From Escherichia coli phage Wa28: a stretch of 64,000 bases of DNA. The DNA is taken from sequence record LC788710.1; one strand, written 5' to 3'. The notes beneath the pieces were generated by a model. It was not told the DNA's origin and ran no database searches. It saw only the letters and a list, made by a program, of their open reading frames with translations. Positions 17,046 to 25,082 of this stretch are shown here, piece by piece (within the stretch, counting starts at the first letter, position 1; every line of letters starts with the position of its first letter). The position numbers were made by a program, and so were the translations under genes.

Positions 17046-17321
17046 TTACTCGAAGCTAGGAGTGACGCTCAGTTTGAATGGAAGCTCGAACACTTCTTCA
17101 TAATCATCATTGAGCGTAATTACACGACCTTCTAGCTTAGTCATGGTGATTTCGATATCAGCCCTTGCATCAGGAGCCATACCAGCTTCCACACATTTAG
17201 CTTTAACTTCCGGCAGAAGTTCTACGTCGTAGAAATAAAGCCATTCAATCTCACCTTCCCAGCCACCCCAGGATTTACAAACAGCACTTTCAACACCAGT
17301 TGCAGTAACACGTTTTGACAT
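17046..17321 (-). CDS. hypothetical protein
   Basis: ORF track 91 aa; promoter upstream. Confidence 0.45.
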   Translation of the reverse strand: MSKRVTATGVESAVCKSWGGWEGEIEWLYFYDVELLPEVKAKCVEAGMAPDARADIEITMTKLEGRVITLNDDYEEVFELPFKLSVTPSFE

Positions 17322-17351
17322 TCGTTAACTCCTTCATCAATTTATATAACT

Positions 17352-17381
17352 ATTATAACAGAAATCTTAAGTAAAAAGCAA
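17352..17381 (-). promoter_or_regulatory. early promoter (-35 TTGCTT, -10 TATAAT)
   Basis: Conserved module. Confidence 0.6.
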
Positions 17382-17411
17382 GTACATTTTTAAAATTTCT
17401 GCTTGGAGGAG

Positions 17412-17684
17412 TTAAACTCCTGATTCTTCAGCCAGATCAAGCCCAACCAACGTGATTGCCATAATAGCCGCGCCATGTTCTTTCTCCCCTAGCTCTTTGG
17501 CTTGAGCGAGAATATTGAGGAATTGCTTTTGAAAATCTGCAACTTCTTCTGTCATGCCTGCTTCAGCAATAATTCCTTTAAGCATAAAGCGTTGTGCCGT
17601 AATTTCAGGATTAGCCATTTGTTTTCTCCAGTTATTTAGAATGTAAGCCAAACTTAGGATCATAGCGATCGTAAGTCGTACCAT
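17412..17684 (-). CDS. hypothetical protein
   Basis: ORF track 90 aa. Confidence 0.45.
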   Translation of the reverse strand: MVRLTIAMILSLAYILNNWRKQMANPEITAQRFMLKGIIAEAGMTEEVADFQKQFLNILAQAKELGEKEHGAAIMAITLVGLDLAEESGV

Positions 17685-17769
17685 TAGTTGAAGCCTTAAT
17701 GCTATGGAAACGACAGTACATAAATTTACGTAGTGCTTTCTTAATAGCTTTCATTTTATTTCCTTAATT

Positions 17770-17846
17770 TGGTAGGGGTGGTGGGATTCGAACCCACAAA
17801 ACCTGAATTTTAAGTCCAGTACCTATGCCAATTCGATTACACCCCC
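17770..17846 (-). tRNA. tRNA with anticodon read as TAA but class I length (Leu-UAA? or misread Phe); manual call
   Basis: GTGGGTTCGAATCCCAC T-arm, anticodon stem-loop CTGGA-CTTAAAA-TTCAG, CCA end. Confidence 0.45.
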
Positions 17847-17854
17847 ATGTAATC

Positions 17855-18208
17855 TTAGCGAATCTCTAAACCCTGGAAATATCGAGGGAATGGAGAGCCA
17901 ACTTCAAAATTGATGCCCCAATTAAGTTCAACGAGTTCAGATTTATTAAGATCTAGGCCATTACCTTCAAAGATATAGCCGTAAACCGCAGGAAACATAG
18001 CTGCTAGATCTTCCATATCGGAATGAGCATTGTGTTCTTCACGGAACTGCTCAAACTCTTCAAAGAACTTTTCTAGGAAGAACTCAGGTACGATGAACGT
18101 TACCACATCAGTAGAATCATCGGTACGATACACCGTAGCTTGGAACAAGCCAACACCTAAAAGGTTTATTGCCGGAGTAGTAAAAATATCCATCTTAGCC
18201 TCGCTCAA
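17855..18208 (-). CDS. hypothetical acidic protein
   Basis: ORF track 117 aa. Confidence 0.45.
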   Translation of the reverse strand: MSEAKMDIFTTPAINLLGVGLFQATVYRTDDSTDVVTFIVPEFFLEKFFEEFEQFREEHNAHSDMEDLAAMFPAVYGYIFEGNGLDLNKSELVELNWGINFEVGSPFPRYFQGLEIR

Positions 18209-18380
18209 TGTCTAGACAAATTGCATATTCAGGGTTGATACCAGTACCTTTACATGTAGGACATTCCCATTCTCTACAGAAAATACCCCCCGGTTCTGCA
18301 TCATCCTGCCTACCACCACCATGACAGTCCTTACACCGACATTCTTCTAATGCTTTCTTCATTTCATAGAATCTAGACAT
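18195..18380 (-). CDS. small zinc-ribbon-like protein
   Basis: 61 aa; CKDCHGGG...CPTCKG. Confidence 0.4.
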   Translation of the reverse strand: MSRFYEMKKALEECRCKDCHGGGRQDDAEPGGIFCREWECPTCKGTGINPEYAICLDIERG

Positions 18381-18397
18381 ATAGTCTCCTGGTTAAT

Positions 18398-18475
18398 TGG
18401 TGGCTCCCGGAGGATTCGAACCTACCTACCTTTCGCTTATGAGGCGACGGCTCATACCAAATGAGCTTGAGAACC
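18398..18475 (-). tRNA. tRNA with CAT anticodon (Met or Ile2/lysidine candidate), manual call
   Basis: D-arm GCTC-ATTTGGTAT-GAGC, loop CTCATAA, acceptor GGTTCTC/GGGAGCC with G-U pairs. Confidence 0.5.
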
Positions 18476-18480
18476 AAATT

Positions 18481-18574
18481 TGGAGGAAGATGCCAGACTC
18501 GAACTGGCACACCGTGTCTCCACAGCTACTGGCTGTTTAGCAAACAGCTCCCTTACCTTTAGGGTTAATCTTCC
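18481..18574 (-). tRNA. tRNA-Ser (anticodon GCT), class II, manual call
   Basis: Anticodon stem-loop GCTGT-TTGCTAA-ACAGC, long variable arm, CCA end. Confidence 0.55.
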
Positions 18575-18588
18575 GAATTTATGAATAT

Positions 18589-18617
18589 ATTATACAGAAA
18601 ATTTCGGCATTAAGCAA
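18589..18617 (-). promoter_or_regulatory. early promoter immediately upstream of tRNA-Ser(GCT)
   Basis: Conserved module (-35 TTGCTT, -10 TATAAT). Confidence 0.6.
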
Positions 18618-18625
18618 GTGAAATT

Positions 18626-18922
18626 TTACTGAACACTGCACTGATACACTTGTTTGATACGTGTCACTGACTTCTTAGTTGGATTGATAGAAGAACCTTG
18701 CCACCAACGTGACTCTGAGCTAAGAACAGCGCCAGGAACAGCCTGCTCTTTTGGCAGAACAATATCAAAACACTGTTCACCCATATTATCTTTAATGTGT
18801 GACCAAATATCCAAAGTAAATCGTTCTAACTTATTACAAACCTGAACTTGACAAAGTTCCTGTTGCGGAGCAGCAAATACAGAAGTAGATACTAGAGCCA
18901 ATGCAAGTACAATGCGTTTCAT
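18626..18922 (-). CDS. secreted Cys-containing protein (signal peptide)
   Basis: 98 aa; MKRIVLALALVSTSVFAAP. Confidence 0.5.
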   Translation of the reverse strand: MKRIVLALALVSTSVFAAPQQELCQVQVCNKLERFTLDIWSHIKDNMGEQCFDIVLPKEQAVPGAVLSSESRWWQGSSINPTKKSVTRIKQVYQCSVQ

Positions 18923-18952
18923 GTTTGATTCCTCTCTCGAATTTATAAATAT

Positions 18953-18981
18953 ATTATACAGAAATTTTCTATATTAAGCAA
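18953..18981 (-). promoter_or_regulatory. early promoter
   Basis: Conserved module. Confidence 0.6.
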
Positions 18982-19028
18982 GTGAAAATTTCTGTATAAT
19001 AGCCCTCGCTTAGAGGGCTATAACTACT

Positions 19029-19721
19029 TTATTTGTTAACGCGTACAAAGTATCCTTTATAAGCTCCAAGAATAGAGTTGCCTAAGAATACTAGCCACAT
19101 TGCTAGGATTGCGTAAGATGCACCTGTAGATTGAGCAGTTACAAGCCAAATGTACACAGTACCAATGTTAATAGCAATCCAAATCAGCCATTGTTCAGCA
19201 TATTGTTTGACCATAAGCCACATAGCAATCACACTACCAACCGCAGTAAATGCATCCAACATTGGGAATGGATCAGCCGTAGTAGCAAGGAAACTACCAT
19301 AACCTAACGTGGCTACTGCTAAAATCCCTAGAGTCAGCAAAGCTTGAGCTTTTGTCAGAACTTTAGTTGGAACATCCGGTAGATTACTTGGCTTATTTTT
19401 ATGCCACAAGTACATTCCGTAGAACTGCATAGGAACGTAGTACAATAGGTTTAGTGCTGCGTTACCATAAAGATCAGCATTTAGAGCTGTAATACCGTAG
19501 GTCAGAACACCTACCAAACCCCAGACATAGTTGGAAACACGTCCTTTTGCAACCAGAATAACACAAACCACATTGGTTATTGCAGTAGCCCAATCTAGAG
19601 CTGTACCATTATAGTTTGCTAAACTAATGAAGACAACCGCTATGAACAGCCACAGATATTCCAGAGGTTTCCAGTTTTTAAAGTCATTTACGAGATAGTT
19701 AGTCATATTAAAACTCTCCAA
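19029..19721 (-). CDS. pnuC: nicotinamide riboside transporter PnuC-like
   Basis: 230 aa polytopic membrane protein with PnuC-like Trp/Tyr-rich helices (WKPLEYLW..., MQFYGMYLW). Confidence 0.7.
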   Translation of the reverse strand: MESFNMTNYLVNDFKNWKPLEYLWLFIAVVFISLANYNGTALDWATAITNVVCVILVAKGRVSNYVWGLVGVLTYGITALNADLYGNAALNLLYYVPMQFYGMYLWHKNKPSNLPDVPTKVLTKAQALLTLGILAVATLGYGSFLATTADPFPMLDAFTAVGSVIAMWLMVKQYAEQWLIWIAINIGTVYIWLVTAQSTGASYAILAMWLVFLGNSILGAYKGYFVRVNK

Positions 19722-20781
19722 CGTTAAAGTGATGAATCAGCCAGTCTACTGCGTTTACTGCTTCGTCCATACGAACTTTGTAGTCCGGAGAGTCGATGTA
19801 AACAGTACGCCCTTCAGGGAACTGATTTGGAAATTCTTTCTTCATCTGCTCGAACAGTTCAGAAGTAATTGAACGATCGGAGTTAATACGTAAACCATCA
19901 TCTACCCACTTGACAGTAGGCGCTAGAACAATTACTAAATCGTAATGTTCTTCTTTTGCAATTGCTGTAACCACAGGGTTCTTACTATGTTCATAAAGTC
20001 TGTGGTAGAACTCAGTAATAAAAGCATTTGTATCCACAAACATGATCTTATTTGCAGTACGTTCTGCTTCAAACTCTAGCTCTTTGTGTCTGAACGCAAT
20101 TTTACTATAGTCTTCGCTGGTAAGCAGATTTTCGTTACCAACTAGATCAACTTCACAATACGTTCGGCCATATTCTTCTACCCACGAAGTGTTGTATAGC
20201 TTCGCAAGGTATTTTGTTAAAGTAGTCTTTCCTGAGCTTTCAGTCCCAATGATTACAACCTTACGCACGTAATCTTTACGAGCTACGCTAGGAAGAAACT
20301 CCCAATACTTCATAAGATCATTACGAATCATTGTAGCTGAGATTGGAACACGAGTCCGATCAGAATCTACAATATAATGACCAAACTTCGGCAGATATTT
20401 CTTATATTCTGCATCATAGTCTAGTTCGCTAGAGAAAATGGTGATCTCAGGCAAATGTCCGTAATTTTCATTAAGGATTCTAGCATATTCCGGCCAACCA
20501 TTCGGATATTCAGGAATATCATCTTCAATAATGTACTCTACCGAAATGTGCTCAATATCCGCGTAAGTTTGTTCTAACCAACGAAGTCGATTCTTTAACT
20601 GTAATACTTCCTGATCACGAGTGTTCTGCTTATCCAGCCAACGATTATCATGACTAACTACAACAATAACTCGTTCACACATAGTTGCTGCTGTGTTTAT
20701 TAGGTTAATATGACCACGCGTTAATGGCGCGAACTTACCAATTACTAGACCAGTCTTAATCATATTTGATTCCTCTCTCAA
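19708..20781 (-). CDS. NadR-like bifunctional NMN adenylyltransferase / ribosylnicotinamide kinase
   Basis: 357 aa; nucleotidyltransferase motif GKFAPLTRGHINLI; Walker A IIGTESSGKTTL in C-terminal kinase-like domain. Confidence 0.7.
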   Translation of the reverse strand: MREESNMIKTGLVIGKFAPLTRGHINLINTAATMCERVIVVVSHDNRWLDKQNTRDQEVLQLKNRLRWLEQTYADIEHISVEYIIEDDIPEYPNGWPEYARILNENYGHLPEITIFSSELDYDAEYKKYLPKFGHYIVDSDRTRVPISATMIRNDLMKYWEFLPSVARKDYVRKVVIIGTESSGKTTLTKYLAKLYNTSWVEEYGRTYCEVDLVGNENLLTSEDYSKIAFRHKELEFEAERTANKIMFVDTNAFITEFYHRLYEHSKNPVVTAIAKEEHYDLVIVLAPTVKWVDDGLRINSDRSITSELFEQMKKEFPNQFPEGRTVYIDSPDYKVRMDEAVNAVDWLIHHFNVGEF

Positions 20782-20793
20782 ATTTATAAATAT

Positions 20794-20822
20794 ATTATAC
20801 AGAGAATTTAGCGTTCAAGCAA
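20794..20822 (-). promoter_or_regulatory. early promoter upstream of NadR-like gene
   Basis: Conserved module. Confidence 0.6.
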
Positions 20823-20969
20823 TCGAATTTTTAAACTTTTTAGTGGAAAAATCTCAAGGCATTTAGTGGTAGCACGTTGTTGCTACAATAATAGTATATG
20901 ATTCTAAAGAATTAAAGAATTAAATACTAAAGACCTTAGTTGAATAACTTATGGGCTTTTCTTTTGCCT

Positions 20970-21009
20970 TAAATACAGAAAAGCCCGCGCTCTCGGAGGA
21001 AACGCGGGC
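20970..21009 (-). terminator. rho-independent terminator (tandem hairpins)
   Basis: GCCCGCG...CGCGGGC hairpin followed on minus strand by TTTTCTGTATTT. Confidence 0.55.
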
Positions 21010-21034
21010 TTGGTTCGAAGATTACGTGTAACTA

Positions 21035-21979
21035 TTACTTGTTACGCATATCCATGATCATTTGACCATCGTAGCCAGTACCAACAACAGTCTGCGGTAC
21101 ACCACCTTGGTATTTTTCAGCACGAAGCATTTCAACTTCCAGCTGCTTCCAACGAATCATTTCAGGAGTAATGGTACGTTGCAGCGCGGCGTTAGCTTCA
21201 GCTTCTTTCTTAGCTGCGTACAGTTTAGCATCTGCGTCACGTTCGTTAGCTACTGCCATGTTTTCACGAGCAGAACGATCAGCTTCAGCTTGCTTAACTT
21301 TCTGCTGTGCTTCTTGTTCAACACGAGCCAATTCAGCTTTAGCGGCGTTAACTTGTTCTTCACGAACTTTTGTGTTTTGTACCTGTTCCATGATTACAGG
21401 TGGCAGAGTAATATCCTGAAGGAATACTTGCTTAACCGTGTAACCATAAGGACGCGCGTACTCTTCTACTTCTTGCTGAATAGCAGTTTGCAGTTGAGCC
21501 TGAATCTTAGCGTCGAACAGATCTTGTGCTTTTGGTACAGACTTACCAAACTCACGAATCGTAGATAGCATCTTCTCTTCAACGTACTTGTTCAGAGCTT
21601 GATCCTGAGTACCTGCGTTAACACGGTTCATAGGAGCTTTAGCACCATCAAACTGCAACATAACGGTAATGTCAACAGTGGACTTAAACTTATCCTGGCT
21701 AGGAACCTGGAGTTTATCCAGTTTCATAGAAATATCTTTCGTACTAAAAGTATCAAAAGAGGCGAATGGGTTGACAATATGGAACCCCGGCAATACAGGA
21801 TTAGGACTAACTTTACCCAGGAAAGTCTGAGTTTTAACCGTACCGTCCTGAACAACTGTATAGGAATTGAGAGCCAGAATAAGAGCGCCAAGACCAACTA
21901 CAGCACCAACACCCCAACGTTTAATAGTACGAATTACTTTTTGATCGGAAGTCAGTTCTTTAGTGTTTTTAGTAAACAT
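21035..21979 (-). CDS. SPFH/band-7 (prohibitin/HflK-like) membrane protein
   Basis: 314 aa; N-terminal TM, SPFH-like core and long Ala/Glu/Gln-rich coiled coil. Confidence 0.6.
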   Translation of the reverse strand: MFTKNTKELTSDQKVIRTIKRWGVGAVVGLGALILALNSYTVVQDGTVKTQTFLGKVSPNPVLPGFHIVNPFASFDTFSTKDISMKLDKLQVPSQDKFKSTVDITVMLQFDGAKAPMNRVNAGTQDQALNKYVEEKMLSTIREFGKSVPKAQDLFDAKIQAQLQTAIQQEVEEYARPYGYTVKQVFLQDITLPPVIMEQVQNTKVREEQVNAAKAELARVEQEAQQKVKQAEADRSARENMAVANERDADAKLYAAKKEAEANAALQRTITPEMIRWKQLEVEMLRAEKYQGGVPQTVVGTGYDGQMIMDMRNK

Positions 21980-21990
21980 ATATTTCCTTA

Positions 21991-22191
21991 TTATTTAGAA
22001 GAGTTAGCTACTACAGTTACTTTAGTTGCAGAAATAAACAGGCTAGCATCCACAGCAAATTCAGGAGCTTTGATATCTCCGTTATGAAATATGACTATAC
22101 CGGAGACTACTTCAAATGCTAGCGCTGTAACATCGGTGGTATTTACTTGTGAATGTTCACCTACTACTTTTACTATATATCGTGTTTTCAC
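21991..22191 (-). CDS. hypothetical small protein
   Basis: ORF track 66 aa. Confidence 0.35.
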   Translation of the reverse strand: MKTRYIVKVVGEHSQVNTTDVTALAFEVVSGIVIFHNGDIKAPEFAVDASLFISATKVTVVANSSK

Positions 22192-22217
22192 TTTATTTTC
22201 CTAGCAGTTAATAAAAT

Positions 22218-22292
22218 TGGCCGAGGTGACAGGATTCGAACCTGCATAAAGGAATTTAGAAGACTCCTGCCTATCCCTTAGACTACACCCCG
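22218..22292 (-). tRNA. tRNA-Arg (anticodon TCT), manual call
   Basis: CAGGTTCGAATCCTG T-arm, anticodon stem-loop GGAGT-CTTCTAA-ATTCC, CCA end. Confidence 0.55.
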
Positions 22293-22299
22293 TTTAGGT

Positions 22300-23130
22300 A
22301 TTTTTAAGAACTCTTATAAAAGCTCTTAAAGATACCAGACGGTAGGTAGGGTCAGCCCCCTCAGATTAAGCTCTGCAGCCCTTCCGTCAGACAATATCTT
22401 CCAGTTTAAGTCAGGGTGACTTTGTGGTTATGTTCTCCGTATGTGAAGAACTCGGTTAGGCTTAGGTCATGACTCCCAGCCTACTGCTGCCGCTCAACAG
22501 GAATTATCGCGAATTACCTGTACTATTGGGCACCATTAGTGACATCTCTCATGTCAGCGTTTCCCACTCTCATATTCACGCGGTCTGTTAGAATCGCACC
22601 TCCGATTTTCGATGCGAAGCTGGATGCCTAGTCTCAGGTTAAACGGGGCACACACTAGGCAGTGATCCCGAGTTCCGAGTTTGGTTGAGGCCGTCAGGTT
22701 TCCTCGTGGTTTAGCTGTTTCGATTCTAACCTAATACTGATCAGGTGGCGTACCTCCTGAACCGTCATAGTATGTACTCCAGCAGCGAATGCTTATCCGG
22801 TATAAGCCCGAGTTATCTGATTCTTTCCGACCGCAGGATTCGAACCTGCATCTTCCACCAGTTACGGTTTGATATTACCGTTTATACTAGGACGGCAGTG
22901 TTATCACATAAGTCAGTTCGACACCCCACTAACATAAACTAGAGAAGAGTTTACGAGATTTCGGGACAGCTCCCGAGTTTTCCGCAGATTTTCAGTTCCC
23001 TATCAATAGCAATAAGCGTTAGCTCGTAGCCTCTCTCAGAGTACTTACTAGTCTCCAACTCACCGACTCTATTCAGTGGAATAGCTATCCTAGTAGGAAT
23101 CACTAAACTCACTCAGCGTAATCGGCTCGC
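22300..23130 (-). ncRNA. ~0.8 kb promoter-driven region without ORFs; candidate structured noncoding RNA(s) with a tRNA-like T-arm element
   Basis: No minus-strand ORF of 60 aa or more; early promoter at 23152-23180 points into it; GCAGGTTCGAATCCTGC element near 22826-22850; locally higher GC. Confidence 0.35.
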
Positions 23131-23151
23131 TGTTCTCTAATTTATGAATCT

Positions 23152-23180
23152 ATTATACAGAATTTTGAGGCGTTTAGCAA
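23152..23180 (-). promoter_or_regulatory. early promoter directed into the noncoding region
   Basis: Conserved module (-35 TTGCTA, 17 bp, -10 TATAAT). Confidence 0.6.
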
Positions 23181-23188
23181 ATCAATTT

Positions 23189-23632
23189 TTAATTAAATTC
23201 GCCAGCAACCTGAGCAGCAATGCCACCGTCGTAACGACCAGGAAACTCTTCCTTAATCGCTTTCATCAGCATACCTTTTGTAATCCCAGGGTTCAACTTA
23301 ACTAATTCTGCAAAGTATTTGCGAATCTCAGAATCAGATAACTGAGGCGGCAGATACTGTTGTAGCCATTTGTTCAGTATATACTCATACTGAGCAGACT
23401 GCAAGCTATAATTATCAAGGTCTTGACCGTGAAGTTTAGCTTTCGTCTGATTAATGCTTTTCAGTTGAGCTTTTAGATAAGATACAAACTGTTCAGAAGT
23501 AATGAAGTCTTTATCAACACGCTGAAGATCTCCGATTATGGTCTGGTAGCTTTTAGCTACTTCTTTATCAGAACCATCAACCTTAGATTCCTGCAAAGCC
23601 CTACGCAAAACATCTAGAATATTCTCTTCCAT
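23189..23632 (-). CDS. GatB/YqeY-domain protein
   Basis: 147 aa; overall similarity to YqeY family, C-terminal GGIAAQVAGEF. Confidence 0.5.
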   Translation of the reverse strand: MEENILDVLRRALQESKVDGSDKEVAKSYQTIIGDLQRVDKDFITSEQFVSYLKAQLKSINQTKAKLHGQDLDNYSLQSAQYEYILNKWLQQYLPPQLSDSEIRKYFAELVKLNPGITKGMLMKAIKEEFPGRYDGGIAAQVAGEFN

Positions 23633-23802
23633 TATTTAATTCCCAGTGCTTGGTTAAAAGATTGTTCTGTCATAACTGCCGAGACTTTAGCGAAATCAAA
23701 CTTCTTAGGGTTTGTAGTAATTTCAGCAACGTTAGTAGTTTTAACTGTTTTCGTAGTACGGATACCACGAGTATTAACACCAATAATTACAACTGATTTC
23801 AT
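23632..23802 (-). CDS. small ORF (56 aa) missed by ORF track
   Basis: ATG at 23800-23802 with GAGAGG SD; stop overlaps ATG of downstream gene. Confidence 0.35.
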   Translation of the reverse strand: MKSVVIIGVNTRGIRTTKTVKTTNVAEITTNPKKFDFAKVSAVMTEQSFNQALGIK

Positions 23803-23833
23803 ATTTCGCTTCCTCTCATTAATTTATGAAAGT

Positions 23834-23862
23834 ATTATACAGAAATTTAAGGCTTTAAGCAA
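23834..23862 (-). promoter_or_regulatory. early promoter
   Basis: Conserved module. Confidence 0.6.
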
Positions 23863-23870
23863 TCGAATTT

Positions 23871-24338
23871 TTAAGTTTTCTTAACCACAGGCTTGTAGAA
23901 CGTATGGCCTTGAATCTTCGTTGTTTTCTTAAACTTCTTTGTCCAGTACGGTTTATCTTTACCACTATGGAAGTATAACGCTCCATGTGTTGGATCTTGT
24001 GGTAAATCAACGTAGTATATCACTCTAGCTAAATTCTTAGCAACTTGCCAAGCCTCATCGGTTTTATCAACTTTTGGTCTCTTGGCCACCCAAGAGAACT
24101 GGTTAGACTGATATACTACTTTACAGTAAGAATCAGGAAAAGTACCAGAGTTAACACGGTTTTTAGTAACCTGTGCAACTGCGATCATTCCTTTAGTGCC
24201 CTCACCTCGTGCTTCGAAGTAGATATTTTTTGCAATGCAATCAATCTGCTTTGAGTCGTAGGTCGCATGACTATTGAAGCTATAGGTTAGGGCAGCTATT
24301 AAAAGCAAAGCTGCCTTCATTTTATTTACTCCGGCCAA
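23871..24338 (-). CDS. secreted SleB-like cell wall hydrolase domain protein
   Basis: 155 aa; signal peptide; NIYFEARGEGTKGMIAVAQVTKNRV...FPDSYCKVVYQSNQFSW. Confidence 0.6.
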   Translation of the reverse strand: MAGVNKMKAALLLIAALTYSFNSHATYDSKQIDCIAKNIYFEARGEGTKGMIAVAQVTKNRVNSGTFPDSYCKVVYQSNQFSWVAKRPKVDKTDEAWQVAKNLARVIYYVDLPQDPTHGALYFHSGKDKPYWTKKFKKTTKIQGHTFYKPVVKKT

Positions 24339-24643
24339 TCGTACTCAATACGATTAGGGCTTTCTTGATACCCTTCGTCTAAGAGATCATTACGCATGGT
24401 CTCTTTAGCTACTGGGTTCGAGGTTACTAGTACCACTTTCTTGGGTCTCTGACCAAATTCTAGGAGTAAACGAAGAATTTGATAACCTTCCATACCATCT
24501 ACAGCCAGATCGTTATCCATATAAACGAAATGACCTGTGGTATCGGTTTTATTCAGAAACTCAACAGCGGCTTCGGGGGTTCGAATGATAATGTCCATTC
24601 CATGAAGGTTACGCACATCATCAATCAGAATATGAAAAATCAT
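24326..24643 (-). CDS. hypothetical protein
   Basis: ORF track 105 aa. Confidence 0.45.
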   Translation of the reverse strand: MIFHILIDDVRNLHGMDIIIRTPEAAVEFLNKTDTTGHFVYMDNDLAVDGMEGYQILRLLLEFGQRPKKVVLVTSNPVAKETMRNDLLDEGYQESPNRIEYDWPE

Positions 24644-24673
24644 AATAGCCTCGTCTCATCAATTTAAAAATAT

Positions 24674-24702
24674 ATTATACAGAAAACTAAACTAATTAGC
24701 AA
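24674..24702 (-). promoter_or_regulatory. early promoter
   Basis: Conserved module. Confidence 0.6.
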
Positions 24703-25082
24703 ATACATTTTTAAATTGAGAGACTAGTAAACCGATAAACAGCCTAGAGGCGCCACAGGCCATATCTTATGAGCCATGTACCTTTGATCTAGGGTTTGAA
24801 TCATCAACGAATACTTTGCATCTTTTAGCTTTAGAAGGTTAGAAGTTTGAGTGCTTTTAACTTTTCAGCTTTCATACTTGAGCGTTGATCTTTGAAGTTG
24901 TGTTGGTACTACCAACGACCGTTTTTACAGTTCAGCTTAAGAGGCTGGTGTAATAAACATAATCTCCAATAGATTATACTTTATAGTATGGTCAGCGGTC
25001 TTATTTAACCTCGTATTTCAACCGCTGCTGCGAGGTAAGATGCTTGGGCTTTCGTCTACCGATTTACTAGTCTTTTAAATTA

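Noticed and set aside
18965-19000. Plus-strand promoter-like TTCTGTATAAT resembling the PN25 -10 region
   Set aside because: No suitable -35 element and no plus-strand gene downstream; likely chance similarity within an A/T-rich terminator region
21062-22087. Plus-strand ORFs (168, 82 and 162 aa) overlapping the SPFH gene
   Set aside because: Antisense to the SPFH gene, no SD sequences, low-complexity translations
22300-23130. tmRNA-like gene in the long noncoding region
   Set aside because: A T-arm-like element exists but no complementary 5' acceptor strand or tag-peptide reading frame could be found by eye
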